60,884 bases of DNA from a bacterium. Lineage in GTDB: Bacteria > Chloroflexota > Dormibacteria > Aeolococcales > Aeolococcaceae. Where the stretch lies: the NCBI GenBank assembly GCA_021847925.1, contig JAJZNI010000164.1, positions 1 through 60,884 of the forward strand, read 5' to 3'. This document shows positions 48,677 to 58,084 of this stretch, piece by piece; position 1 is the first letter of the stretch; each line of letters opens with the position of its first letter. Made by a program: the position numbers and the translations under genes. The notes below the pieces were generated by a model that was given only the letters and a program-made list of their open reading frames with translations, had not been told where the DNA came from and did not search any database.

Positions 48677-49582
48677 TCAGCCCCCGATGAACGATGTGTA
48701 GTTGCCGGAGTTCACGGACTGAGGCGCACCCGCCGGCGACGGTCCCGTGATCGGCTGCGGCCCGGGGGCCCCATTCTGGGGATAGTCACCCTTGGCCACG
48801 AGCACGTACTGGAGGAAGACGTTCTTCGCGTCCTTCATGTACATGAGCGCGGCCGCGTCCTGCTGCGGGACCTGGATCATGATCAGCCCCCCCACGCCCG
48901 TGGGCCGGGCGCTGGGCGACGCGCTCGCGCTGGGGCTGGGAGCGGTGGTGGTGGCCGGCTGCCCGACCGCCAGCACCAGGACGTTCTGGTAGGCCCAGCT
49001 CATGGTCCCGAGCGTGTTGTTCGGGTTCGGGATCGGGTCCACCTCGGCCAGGATGTCGATGCGGTCGCCGGCCGCGAGGTAGCCTCCCGTGCCGTCGCCG
49101 TCCACCTCGCCCTGGGCCGAGGTGGCCGTGTAGGGCAGCGCCATGGCGACGTATCCCCTGGGCACGTCCCAGGTGGTCCCGGGGATCGCCGGGTTGCCGG
49201 CGGCGGCCGCGGTGGTGGTCACCATGGTGCTGGTGATCACCTGGCCGGCGGGGATCTCGGAGCTCGCGTAGGTCCTGGTGCCGGTGAGGGCCGCGACGCT
49301 CGTGAAGTACGGGGCGGGGGTGCCCGAGGGCAGGTACTTCACGGGCACCGGCGCGGTGGTGAGATCCGCCGCCGTGAGCGCGGTGCCCGCGGGGATCGAC
49401 CTGCTCGCCTCCACGACCGTGACGGCGGGAAGCTGCGGGGCGCTCGCCCCGCCCGGCCCCGACGTGCCACCGGAGGCGGGCTTGCTGGAGTAGCTCAGGG
49501 CCAGGACGAACGCGCCCGCGGCGATGAGGGCCGCCACCACGGCGACGAGGACACGGCGACGCCGCTGCGCACTGACCGCCAC
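48677..49582 (-). CDS. cpaB: Flp pilus assembly protein CpaB/RcpC-like (SAF domain)
   Basis: N-terminal TM anchor RRRRVLVAVVAALIAAGAFVL, then VVEASRSIPAGTALTAADL (SAF-like) and a ...YQNVLVLAVG... C-terminal domain. Confidence 0.75.
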   Translation of the reverse strand: MAVSAQRRRRVLVAVVAALIAAGAFVLALSYSSKPASGGTSGPGGASAPQLPAVTVVEASRSIPAGTALTAADLTTAPVPVKYLPSGTPAPYFTSVAALTGTRTYASSEIPAGQVITSTMVTTTAAAAGNPAIPGTTWDVPRGYVAMALPYTATSAQGEVDGDGTGGYLAAGDRIDILAEVDPIPNPNNTLGTMSWAYQNVLVLAVGQPATTTAPSPSASASPSARPTGVGGLIMIQVPQQDAAALMYMKDAKNVFLQYVLVAKGDYPQNGAPGPQPITGPSPAGAPQSVNSGNYTSFIGG

Positions 49583-49793
49583 TGCCTTCTCTCGACGCTC
49601 CCCGAGAGCCGCCCCGCGTGCGCCGGCGACGCGGGGAGGCGTTGGACCGTGGGGCTCGGCTTCCCGCGCCCCGTTCCCCGTGATCGTCGCCGGGGACCAA
49701 GGCGCTCAAACGCTTCCGTCATCGATTCGTCAAGACCCTGCGGCATCGCGCCACCCGCGTGGCGGGGGGGTTGTTGCGGGGTACCATCGGCCG

Positions 49794-50447
49794 GTGCCCC
49801 CCATCCACCGCCTCTACCTCGTCCGCCACTGCGACGTCGCCAACCCCAACCGGACCCTGTACGGCTTCCTCCCGGGCTTCGGGCTGAGCACGCGGGGCAT
49901 CGCCCAGGCCGAGGCGATCGGGAGGTATCTCGAGGGCCAGCCGGTGCGGATGATCCGCACGAGCCCCCTGCAGCGGGCTCAGCAGACCGCGGCGATCATC
50001 GCCCGCCACCTCGGCTCCCCCCCGGTGGTCGCCGACGACGACCTCCTGGAGGCGCGCTTCAGCCGCTACCTGCAGGGCATTCCCTACGCGCAGATTCCCT
50101 GGCGGCGGCCGCTGTGGTGGGTCCACATGCTGATGCCGGGGCTGCTCCGTCGCGACGAGACCGTGGGAGCGATGGCGGCCAGGGTGCAGCGCTCGCTGGA
50201 ACGCCTGCTCGACGAGCACCCGGGCGAGGCGGGGGTCTGCGTGAGCCACGGTGACCCCATCCAGGCCTTCTGGATCCGGCATCTCGGCCGCCCCGCCTGG
50301 GCCCTGCACCGCATCCAGTGTGCCAAGGGCGGTCTGCTGGTGCTCGACTACGAGGGGCGTCGCCTGAGCCGGCTCACGTACGTGCCTCCGGAGGCGCACG
50401 GGGCTCCCGCGGTGCCCTCCTCGGCACCCGGGACCGCGCACGTATGA
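49794..50447 (+). CDS. Histidine phosphatase family protein (phosphoglycerate mutase-like)
   Basis: Part of ORF 49524..50447. GTG at 49794. LYLVRHCDVANP (RHG-type motif) ...RTSPLQRAQQTA... VCVSHGDPI. Confidence 0.8.
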   Translation: MPPIHRLYLVRHCDVANPNRTLYGFLPGFGLSTRGIAQAEAIGRYLEGQPVRMIRTSPLQRAQQTAAIIARHLGSPPVVADDDLLEARFSRYLQGIPYAQIPWRRPLWWVHMLMPGLLRRDETVGAMAARVQRSLERLLDEHPGEAGVCVSHGDPIQAFWIRHLGRPAWALHRIQCAKGGLLVLDYEGRRLSRLTYVPPEAHGAPAVPSSAPGTAHV

Positions 50448-50483
50448 GCGCGGCCCGTCGCCCCGCCCGCTCAGCACGTCGGG

Positions 50484-50513
50484 TTGACGCCGCGACCGGG
50501 GCCCCTGTATGAT
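50484..50513 (+). promoter_or_regulatory. Sigma-70-type promoter candidate of the lysine (AAA pathway) operon
   Basis: TTGACG (50484-50489), 18-nt spacer, TATGAT (50508-50513), about 200 nt upstream of the first lys-cluster gene. Confidence 0.55.
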
Positions 50514-50635
50514 CCGCCGCACCGTGTCCGTATCGCGCGCCCTCAAACCGCTCACCGGTCGCAAAGCCCTCGCGGGGGCCATCGTCGCCGGGACCAGGTA
50601 GAGGCGCGCGCCGCACGGCGCTCCCGCCGCCGGCG

Positions 50636-50676
50636 GAAGAGGGCTCCCTTCGAGCGAGGGAGCCCTCTTCGTTTGT
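50636..50676 (+). terminator. Intrinsic-terminator-like hairpin (candidate attenuator) in the lys operon leader
   Basis: gaagagggctccct-tcgagcg-agggagccctcttc: a perfect 14-bp stem followed by gtttgt. It lies between the promoter and the ATG at 50711. Confidence 0.65.
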
Positions 50677-50710
50677 CAGGACCTGACCACAGCCAGCACA
50701 CGGGAGCCAC

Positions 50711-51853
50711 ATGGAGAGCCAGCCGATCGCCACCACGGGTGGAGGCCACCCTCGGTCCGGCCGCGACCACGCGCGCGTCGCGGTGCTCCCCGGCGACGGG
50801 ATCGGGCCCGAGGTCACGGCCGCGGCCGCCGCCGTCCTGCAGCGGGTGGCTGCCGCACACGGGCTCACCCTCGAGCTCGCCGAACGTCCCGTCGGCGGAG
50901 CGGCCATCGAGAGCGAGGGAGCCCCCCTGCCCGAGGCGACCCTCCGGCTCTGCCGCGAGAGCGACGCCGTCCTCTTCGGTGCGGCCGGCGGGCCGCGCTG
51001 GGATCACCTGCGCGGCGACGCCCGGCCCGGGGCCGCGACGCTGCGGCTGCGCCGCGAGCTCGGCCTCTGCGTGAACCTCCGTCCGGTCCGGGCCTTCCCC
51101 GCGCTCTGCGGTCGCAGCCCGCTCCGCCCCGAGGTGATCCGGGAGGCGGACTTCGTGATCGTGCGCGAGCTCACCGGGGGCGCCTACTTCGGCGAGCACG
51201 CGCGGTCCGGCTCGGGCATGGACGAATCGGCCCACGACACCATGGTCTACACCCGCCGCGAGGTGGCCCGCGTGGTGGGCTTCGCCTGCCGGCTGGCGCG
51301 CTCCCGCCGCGGCCGCCTCACCTCCGTGGACAAGGCCAACGCCCTGTGGAGCGGCCGCCTGTGGCGCGACGTGGCCACCGAGGTCGCGGCCCAGCACCCG
51401 GACGTGAGCGTCGAGCACGCCCTGGTGGACAGCTTCGCGCTGCGGATGCTCCAGGATCCCGCACGCCTCGATGTGGTGGTGGCGGAGAACCTCTTCGGGG
51501 ACATCCTGAGCGACGAGGCGGCGGCGATCCCCGGCTCGCTCGGACTGATGGCCTCGGCCAGCCTCAACCCGGAGGGGGGCCCGGCCCTGTACGAACCCAT
51601 CCACGGCAGCGCCCCCGACATCGCGGGGCGGGGGATCGCCGACCCGATGGGGGCAATCCTCAGCGCGGCCCTCATGCTGGAGCATTCCCTCGGGCTGCCT
51701 CAGGCCGCTCGCGAGGTGCGCCAGGCGGTGGACCGGGCCCTCGAGGCCGGCATCCTCACCCCGGATCTCGGCGGCACCTCGACCACGGAGGAGATGACCG
51801 CCGCGGTGCTGCGCGCGCTCCCCGCCCCGGCCACCCTGGGAGCGGGGTCATGA
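50711..51853 (+). CDS. 3-isopropylmalate dehydrogenase-family enzyme, presumed homoisocitrate dehydrogenase of the AAA pathway
   Basis: VAVLPGDGIGPEV...GGAAI...DAVLFGAAGGPRWD...NLRP...ENLFGDILSDEAA...GSAPDIAG is a LeuB-type signature. First gene of the lys cluster. ATG after gggag. Confidence 0.85.
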   Translation: MESQPIATTGGGHPRSGRDHARVAVLPGDGIGPEVTAAAAAVLQRVAAAHGLTLELAERPVGGAAIESEGAPLPEATLRLCRESDAVLFGAAGGPRWDHLRGDARPGAATLRLRRELGLCVNLRPVRAFPALCGRSPLRPEVIREADFVIVRELTGGAYFGEHARSGSGMDESAHDTMVYTRREVARVVGFACRLARSRRGRLTSVDKANALWSGRLWRDVATEVAAQHPDVSVEHALVDSFALRMLQDPARLDVVVAENLFGDILSDEAAAIPGSLGLMASASLNPEGGPALYEPIHGSAPDIAGRGIADPMGAILSAALMLEHSLGLPQAAREVRQAVDRALEAGILTPDLGGTSTTEEMTAAVLRALPAPATLGAGS

Positions 51854-52980
51854 CGGTCTCCCGCCTCGCCATCGTCGACACCACGCTGCGCGAGGGCGAG
51901 CAGTTCGCCGGCGCGCACTTCACCACCGAGCAGAAGCTGGAGCTGATCGCCGCCCTGGATGCGTTCGGTGTCGAGTACGTCGAGATGACCTCGCCCGTCG
52001 CCTCCCCGCGGTCGGAGGCCGATCTGCGCCGAGCGGTGGCGGCCCGGCCCCGGGCGCGCATCCTCACCCACACGCGCTGCCGCCTCGACGACGTGGAGCG
52101 GGCGCTGGACTGCGGGGTCGATGGGGTGAACGTCCTCTTCGCGACCTCGGACGTGCTGCGCCGCGCCAGCCACGGCCGCTCCCTGGAGGAGATCGCCGAG
52201 ATCGCCTGCGAGGTGGTGGAGCACGTGCGCCGGGCGGGCCGCGAGATCCGCTTCAGCTGCGAGGACACCTTCCGCTCCGACCGCCGAGAGATCCTCGACA
52301 TCTACCGCGCGGTCGGCTCCTGCCACCCCGACCGGGTCGGGATCGCCGACACCGTCGGCATCGCCACCCCGCGCCAGGTCGAGGAGCTGGCCGCGGCGGT
52401 GCGCTCGGTGGTCGACACCGACATCGAGTTCCACGGGCACAACGACACCGGCTGCGCCGTCGCCAACGCGCTGGCGGCGCTGGAGGGCGGCGCGACCCAC
52501 ATCGACACCACCATCCTCGGCATCGGAGAGCGCAACGGCATCGCCTCGCTATCCGGGCTGATCGCCCGGGTCGGCTCGCTGCAACCGGAGGCGGTCGAGC
52601 ACTACCGCCTCGACCTGCTCCCCTCCCTGGACGCGCGGCTCGCCTCCATCCTGGAGATCCCGGTGCCGTTCAACTCGCCGATCACGGCCCCCACCGCATT
52701 CACCCACAAGGCCGGGATGCACAGCAACGCCGTGCTCCGCGACCCCCGCAGCTACGAGGTGCTCGACCCCACCCGTTTTGGACTTGATCGACAGATACTC
52801 AGGGGGCACCGCCTGGTCGGTCGCAACGCCATCCGCGACCGTGCCGGGGCGCTCGGCATCGCCCTCAGCGAGGAGCAGATCTCCGCGGTGACCACCGAGA
52901 TCAAGCGCCTCGCCGACGGCGGGCCCCTCGACGACAGCCAGGTGGACGCCCTGCTCGCCACCTGGGCCACGCCCGCCTGA
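51850..52980 (+). CDS. Homocitrate synthase
   Basis: IVDTTLREGEQFAGAHFTTEQKLELIAALDAFGVEYVEMTSPVASP...IEFHGHNDTGCAVANA...THIDTTILGIGERNGI...FTHKAGMH closely resembles Thermus HCS as recalled. ATGA overlap with the upstream gene. Confidence 0.9.
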   Translation: MTVSRLAIVDTTLREGEQFAGAHFTTEQKLELIAALDAFGVEYVEMTSPVASPRSEADLRRAVAARPRARILTHTRCRLDDVERALDCGVDGVNVLFATSDVLRRASHGRSLEEIAEIACEVVEHVRRAGREIRFSCEDTFRSDRREILDIYRAVGSCHPDRVGIADTVGIATPRQVEELAAAVRSVVDTDIEFHGHNDTGCAVANALAALEGGATHIDTTILGIGERNGIASLSGLIARVGSLQPEAVEHYRLDLLPSLDARLASILEIPVPFNSPITAPTAFTHKAGMHSNAVLRDPRSYEVLDPTRFGLDRQILRGHRLVGRNAIRDRAGALGIALSEEQISAVTTEIKRLADGGPLDDSQVDALLATWATPA

Positions 52981-53088
52981 CCACGGCGCGGGAGGAGCCG
53001 GAACCGAGATGAGAACCGAGAGCCAACTCATGCGGGTGCGGGGGGGCCGACCCCCCGCACCTTCCGCAGCGACGCCATAGGAGCCACC

Positions 53089-54321
53089 ATGGGAACACTC
53101 GTCGAAGAGATCCTGAGCCACCGGCTGGGCCGCAGCGTCCGGGCCGGCGAGACCGTCGTCGCCGAGGTCGACGCGGTCATGGCCCACGACGTCACCGGCC
53201 CGCTGGCCATCGACGCCTTTCGAAGCCTGGAGATGCCGCTCTGGAACCCGGACCGGACCATCTTCAGCTTCGACCACGTCTTTCCCTCCAACAGCGTCGC
53301 CGCCAGCGCGCTGCACCGCCGCATCCGCGAGTTCGCGGTCGAGCACGGGGTCCGCAACCTGCTCGCCGAGGGGATCTGCCACGTGGTGATGGTGGAGCGC
53401 GGATTCGTGCGTCCGGGCGGGGTGGTGGTGGGGGCCGATTCCCACAGCACCACGTACGGAGCCCTGGGCTGCTTCGCCACCGGCATGGGCTCCACGGACA
53501 TCGGCGTGACCATGGCCACCGGCCGCTCGTGGTTCCGGGTCCCGGAGACGGTGCGGGTGGAGGTGCGCGGCGACCTTCCCCGGGGCGTCCAGGCCAAGGA
53601 CGTCGCGCTCCACGTGATCCGCGCCCTGGGCGCCGAGGGCGCCAACTACATGGCCGTCGAGTGGGGCGGGCCCACCGTCTCCGCGATGGGGGTGTCGGAG
53701 CGGCTCACCCTCGCCAACCTCTCGGTGGACATGGGCGCCAAGTGCGGGCTCTGCGAGGTGGACGCCAGCACGTGGGCCTACCTCGGGCTCCCCGACGGGG
53801 GCGAGATGCGCGCCCACAGCCCCGCGTACGCGCGCGTCTTCGAGGTCGACGCCGCCACCCTGGAGCCCCAGGTGGCGGCCCCGCCTCAGATCGACAACGT
53901 CCTGCCGCTCTCCGAGGTGGCCGGCACCCGGCTCGACGAGGTCTTCATCGGAAGCTGCGCCAACGGTCGCATCGAGGACATGGCGATCGCGGCCGGCATC
54001 CTCGAGGGACGCCAGGTCAATCCCGGCACCCGCACCATCGTGGTGCCGGGGAGCCGGCGCACCTACGTGGAGGCGCTGGAGCGCGGCTACATCGACACCT
54101 TCGTGCGGGCCGGGGCCCTGGTGATGGCGGCGGGATGCGGCCCCTGCCTGGGCCGCCAGCACGGCACCCTGGGAGCGGGCGAGCGCGCCCTCTCCACCAG
54201 CATGCGCAACTACCCGGGCCGGATGGGAAGCCCGGAGGCGGACATCTACCTGGCGAACCCGGCGGTGGCGGCCGCGTCCGCTCTGGCCGGGGCCATCGCC
54301 GATCCACGGGAGGTGCGGTGA
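53089..54321 (+). CDS. lysT: Homoaconitase large subunit (LysT/HacA; LeuC family)
   Basis: VMAHDVTGP, GADSHSTTYGALG, GSCANGRIEDM, CGPCLG aconitase-family cluster ligands. Confidence 0.9.
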   Translation: MGTLVEEILSHRLGRSVRAGETVVAEVDAVMAHDVTGPLAIDAFRSLEMPLWNPDRTIFSFDHVFPSNSVAASALHRRIREFAVEHGVRNLLAEGICHVVMVERGFVRPGGVVVGADSHSTTYGALGCFATGMGSTDIGVTMATGRSWFRVPETVRVEVRGDLPRGVQAKDVALHVIRALGAEGANYMAVEWGGPTVSAMGVSERLTLANLSVDMGAKCGLCEVDASTWAYLGLPDGGEMRAHSPAYARVFEVDAATLEPQVAAPPQIDNVLPLSEVAGTRLDEVFIGSCANGRIEDMAIAAGILEGRQVNPGTRTIVVPGSRRTYVEALERGYIDTFVRAGALVMAAGCGPCLGRQHGTLGAGERALSTSMRNYPGRMGSPEADIYLANPAVAAASALAGAIADPREVR

Positions 54322-54818
54322 TGGGCCGGGTCTTCGCGTTCGGCGACGGCATCTCGACCGACGCCATCATGCCGGGTCGTTACAACCTGACCACCGACGC
54401 CGCCCAGCTCGCCAAGGCCTGCTTCGTCGAATACCGTCCGGGTTTCGCCGACGCGGTGCGCCCGGGCGACGTCATCGTCGCCGGCAGCAACTTCGGCTGC
54501 GGCAGCTCCCGCGAGCACGCCCCGCTCTCCATCAAGGCGGTGGGGATCGGCGCCGTGGTGGCTCGCTCGTTCGCCCGGATCTTCTATCGCAACGCGGTCA
54601 ACCTCGGGCTGCCGGTCATCCGCTGCCCGGAGCTGGTCGACGCCGTGCGGGAGGGCGACGAGATCGAGGTGGACGTCCTGAGCGGCATCATCCGCAGCGG
54701 TGGTCGCGCCTACCAGGGGGAGGCCCCCTCCGCCGTGGCCCGCCGCATCAGCGAGGCGGGGAGCCTGGTGGAGCTGATCCGGACCCGCGGCTGGGCCGCC
54801 ATCGAGGAGGTGATCTGA
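54321..54818 (+). CDS. lysU: Homoaconitase small subunit (LysU/HacB; LeuD family)
   Basis: [14 protein letters not shown]...[18 protein letters not shown]...[16 protein letters not shown]. The ATG overlaps the lysT stop by 1 nt. Confidence 0.9.
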   Translation: MGRVFAFGDGISTDAIMPGRYNLTTDAAQLAKACFVEYRPGFADAVRPGDVIVAGSNFGCGSSREHAPLSIKAVGIGAVVARSFARIFYRNAVNLGLPVIRCPELVDAVREGDEIEVDVLSGIIRSGGRAYQGEAPSAVARRISEAGSLVELIRTRGWAAIEEVI

Positions 54819-54822
54819 CCCC

Positions 54823-55002
54823 ATGACGACGGAGATCACGGGCGTGTGCCCCGAGTGCGACGCGCAGGTCCGGCTCGGCGCCGACGCCGAGGTCGGCGAG
54901 ATCGTGACCTGCACCGAGTGCGGCGCCGACCTGGAGGTGCGCAGCATCTCCCCGCCTCGGCTGGAGGTGGCGCCGCCCGAGGAGGAGGACTGGGGGGAGT
55001 GA
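54823..55002 (+). CDS. lysW: Amino-group carrier protein LysW
   Basis: Not in the ORF track (59 aa). Hand translation gives [59 protein letters not shown]. It has a CxxC...CxxC zinc ribbon and the diagnostic C-terminal EDWGE tail. It sits between lysU and lysX. Confidence 0.9.
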   Translation: MTTEITGVCPECDAQVRLGADAEVGEIVTCTECGADLEVRSISPPRLEVAPPEEEDWGE

Positions 55003-55880
55003 GCCCCGTGCGGGTGGCCCTGCTCTGCTCCCGCGTCCGCGTCGAGGAGAAGCTGCTGCTCCAGGCCTTCCGAGCCCGGGGGGTGGAGCCGGAGCGCATC
55101 GACGACGAGACCGCGGTCCTGGACATCGGGGCGGAGCTCCCCGCCTGGGACGTGGTGCTGGTGCGCAGCCTGAGCCAGTCGCGAGCCCTGGCGGCGCTGC
55201 GCGTCCTCGAGGCGAGCGGCGTTGCCACGGTGAACCCGGCCCGGGTCGTCGCGACCTGCGGCGACAAGGTGGCGACCAGCGCGGCCCTGGCCGCGCACGG
55301 GGTGCCCACCCCCAGGACGCGCATCGCCTTCAGCCCCGAGGCCGCCCTCGCGGCGATCGAGGAGCTGGGCTATCCGGTGGTGATCAAGCCCCCGGTGGGG
55401 TCATGGGGTCGCATGGTGGCGCGGCTCAACGACCGCGACGCCGCCGAGGCGGTCCTGGATCACAAGCACCACCTCGGCACCGCCCAGGACTCGGTCTTCT
55501 ACCTGCAGGAGCACATCGACAAGCCGGGCAGGGACATCCGCAGCTTCGTCGTCGGGGACGAGACCATCTGCGCCATCTACCGGCATTCCGAGCACTGGGT
55601 CACCAACACGGCGCGCGGCGGCCGGGCCAGCAACTGCCCGGTCACCGCGGAGGTCGACCGACTCTCCCGCGCCGCCGCGGAGGCGGTGGGGGGAGGCGTG
55701 GTCGCGGTGGACCTCATGGAACGGCCCGACGGCGGCCTGGTGGTGTCCGAGGTCAACCACACCATGGAGTTCCGCAACAGCATCGACACGACCGGGGTGG
55801 ACATCCCCGGCCGCATCGCCGACCTCGTCCTCTCCCGTGCGCGCACGGCCCGTGCCCAGCCGGTGGGAGCGTCGTCATGA
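54999..55880 (+). CDS. lysX: LysW--alpha-aminoadipate ligase (RimK-type ATP-grasp)
   Basis: Part of ORF 54846..55880: [19 protein letters not shown]...[15 protein letters not shown]...[20 protein letters not shown]...[10 protein letters not shown]...VVAVDL...[13 protein letters not shown]. The start is GTG at 54999 (GTGA overlap with lysW), 55008 or 55014. Confidence 0.9.
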   Translation: MSPVRVALLCSRVRVEEKLLLQAFRARGVEPERIDDETAVLDIGAELPAWDVVLVRSLSQSRALAALRVLEASGVATVNPARVVATCGDKVATSAALAAHGVPTPRTRIAFSPEAALAAIEELGYPVVIKPPVGSWGRMVARLNDRDAAEAVLDHKHHLGTAQDSVFYLQEHIDKPGRDIRSFVVGDETICAIYRHSEHWVTNTARGGRASNCPVTAEVDRLSRAAAEAVGGGVVAVDLMERPDGGLVVSEVNHTMEFRNSIDTTGVDIPGRIADLVLSRARTARAQPVGASS

Positions 55881-56938
55881 GCGTCGCCGTCGCGGGCGGC
55901 GCCGTCACCGCCGCCGACCTCCTGCTGGAGATGCTCGCCATCCCGAGCCCCACGGGGAGCGAGTGGCGCCTGGCCGCGGCCCTGCGCGAGCGCCTCGAGG
56001 GCCTGGGCTTCGACGCCACCATCGACCCCGCCGGCAACGTCATCGCCACCTGGGGCACCGGGCCGGAGGAGGTGATGCTTCTCGGCCATCTCGACACCGT
56101 GGCCGGCACCATCGCGGTGCGTCGCGAGGGCGGCGTGATCCACGGCCGAGGCGCGGTCGACGCGAAGGGACCGCTCGCAGCCGCGATCGCCGCCGTGCTG
56201 GGGCAGCCGCGCCGTGGCGGGACGCGCCTCACCGTCGTGGGGTGCGTCGACGAGGAGGGGGACTCCCGGGGCGCGCGCCAGGTTGCGACGCGCGCGGCAC
56301 CGGCGCACCTGATCGTGCTCGAGCCCAGCGGCTGGGACGCGGTGACCCTCGGGTACCGGGGCATCGTCCGGGCCGAGCTGCGCCTGGAGGATGACGTCCG
56401 CCACCGGGCCGCGCCGGAGGCCACGGTCGCCGACCGCATGGTGGGCACGCTGGCCCGCCTCCAGGCGGAGCTGGCCGGGCGCAACGCGGGCCTCAGCCCG
56501 TTCCATCGCACCGACCTGCGGGTGACCCGGCTTGACGTGACCGGCACCGGGCTTCGGGAGACGGCGACCGCGACGTTCCAGCTCCGCCTTCCCCCCGGGC
56601 TCGGGACCGCGGCGACGCTCGACTGGCTGGACGCGCGGCGGGGCGAGGCCGAGCTCCTGGTCCAATTCGCCGTGGACGCGGTGCACGCGCCGCGCGACGG
56701 GCGCGCCGCGCGCGCCCTCACACGCGCCATCCGCCACCGCGGCGGGGCGGCGCGCCACAAGGTGAAGACGGGGACCGCCGACATGAACCTGCTGGTGCCC
56801 CGGTGGGCTTGCCCGGCGGTCGCCTACGGTCCGGGGGACTCCCACCTGGACCACACCCCGGACGAGGCCATCTCCATCGCCGATCTGGAACGCGGGGCCG
56901 GCGTCCTGGCCGACGCGCTGGCGGAGCTGGCGCGGTGA
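55877..56938 (+). CDS. lysK: [LysW]-lysine hydrolase (M20 peptidase, ArgE-like)
   Basis: Part of ORF 55403..56938. ATGA overlap with lys[15 protein letters not shown]...LLGHLDTV...[14 protein letters not shown]...DEEGDSRGA...[13 protein letters not shown]. Confidence 0.85.
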   Translation: MSVAVAGGAVTAADLLLEMLAIPSPTGSEWRLAAALRERLEGLGFDATIDPAGNVIATWGTGPEEVMLLGHLDTVAGTIAVRREGGVIHGRGAVDAKGPLAAAIAAVLGQPRRGGTRLTVVGCVDEEGDSRGARQVATRAAPAHLIVLEPSGWDAVTLGYRGIVRAELRLEDDVRHRAAPEATVADRMVGTLARLQAELAGRNAGLSPFHRTDLRVTRLDVTGTGLRETATATFQLRLPPGLGTAATLDWLDARRGEAELLVQFAVDAVHAPRDGRAARALTRAIRHRGGAARHKVKTGTADMNLLVPRWACPAVAYGPGDSHLDHTPDEAISIADLERGAGVLADALAELAR

Positions 56939-58032
56939 CGGGCCCGCTCCTCGACCCCTCCCCGGCCTCCGCGGGCGCCCCACCCGCCCTCACCGCCGCG
57001 ATCGTGGGCGGGTCCGGCTACGTCGGGGGCGAGCTGCTCCGGCTGCTCGCCGGCCACCCCCACCTGCGCGTGGCGCAGGTCACCTCGGAGCGGCTGCGCG
57101 GCCGCCCGCTGGCGTCCGTCCATCCCCAGCTGCGGGGTCGCACCGAGATGCGCTTCGTGGGTCGCGACGACCTGGAGCCGGCCGACGTCGTCTTCAGCGC
57201 CCTCCGCCACGGGGAGACCGCCCCCGGCTTCGACGCGATCTCGGCGGTCGCCCCCCTGGTCGTCGACCTCTCCGCCGATTTCCGCCTGCGTGACCCGGCC
57301 GGTTACCCGCGCTGGTACGGCTGGGAGCACCCGCGGCCGGAGCTGCTCGGCGGGTTCGTGAGCGGCCTGGCCGAGCTGCACCGCGACGAGATCGCGGGCG
57401 GCGACCGGCTGGCGATCGGCGGCTGCGTCGCCACGGCGTCGATCCTGGCCCTCGCCACCCCGGTTCGGGCCGGTCTGGTCGACCCCACTCTTCCCGTCGT
57501 CGTCGACGCCCTGGTGGGCTCCTCCGCCGCCGGCTCGGAGCCGTCCGCCACCTCCCACCACCCGCACCGGAGCGGGGCGATGCACAGCTACGCCCCCACC
57601 GGGCACCGCCACACCGCCGAGATCGCCCAGGAGATGGACGGCCTCGGCGGGGTCGGCGAGGTGGCGCTGAGCGTCACGTCGGTCGAGGCGGTGCGGGGCA
57701 TCCTGGTCACCGCCCACCTCTGGCTGCGCGAGCCGCTGGAGGAGCGGGAGCTCTGGCGGGTGTTCCGCGCCGCCACGCGCGGGGAGCCCTTTCTTCGCGT
57801 CGTCAAGCAGGCGCAGGGCCTGCACCGCCATCCCGACCCCCGGCTCCTGGCCGGGACCAATCTCTGTGACATCGGGTTCAGCCGCGATCCCGGCTCGCGG
57901 CGGCTGGTCGTGACCGCCGCCATCGACAACCTGATGAAGGGCGCGGCGGGCCAGGCGGTGCAGGCGGCGAACATCCGCCTCGGCCTCCCCGAGACGGCCG
58001 GCCTCGACCTCCCGAGCCTCTACCCACTGTGA
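56935..58032 (+). CDS. lysY: [LysW]-aminoadipate-6-phosphate reductase (ArgC-like)
   Basis: Part of ORF 56803..58032. GTGA overlap with lysK. AIVGGSGYVGGELLRLL...IGGCVATASILAL (catalytic Cys)...AIDNLMKGAAGQAVQ. Confidence 0.9.
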   Translation: MTGPLLDPSPASAGAPPALTAAIVGGSGYVGGELLRLLAGHPHLRVAQVTSERLRGRPLASVHPQLRGRTEMRFVGRDDLEPADVVFSALRHGETAPGFDAISAVAPLVVDLSADFRLRDPAGYPRWYGWEHPRPELLGGFVSGLAELHRDEIAGGDRLAIGGCVATASILALATPVRAGLVDPTLPVVVDALVGSSAAGSEPSATSHHPHRSGAMHSYAPTGHRHTAEIAQEMDGLGGVGEVALSVTSVEAVRGILVTAHLWLREPLEERELWRVFRAATRGEPFLRVVKQAQGLHRHPDPRLLAGTNLCDIGFSRDPGSRRLVVTAAIDNLMKGAAGQAVQAANIRLGLPETAGLDLPSLYPL

Positions 58033-58084
58033 CCCCCATCGGGCTCGCCGCGCCCGGCGCGGCGGCGCCGCCGGGAGAGCGGCG

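Noticed and set aside
50598-50680. Lysine riboswitch (L-box) in the lys leader
   Set aside because: AGAGGCGC (50600-50607) and TGTCAGG (50674-50680) resemble conserved L-box strings. However, they are only about 80 nt apart, and the five-helix junction of an approximately 170-190-nt L-box cannot be fitted. An Rfam covariance scan would settle it.
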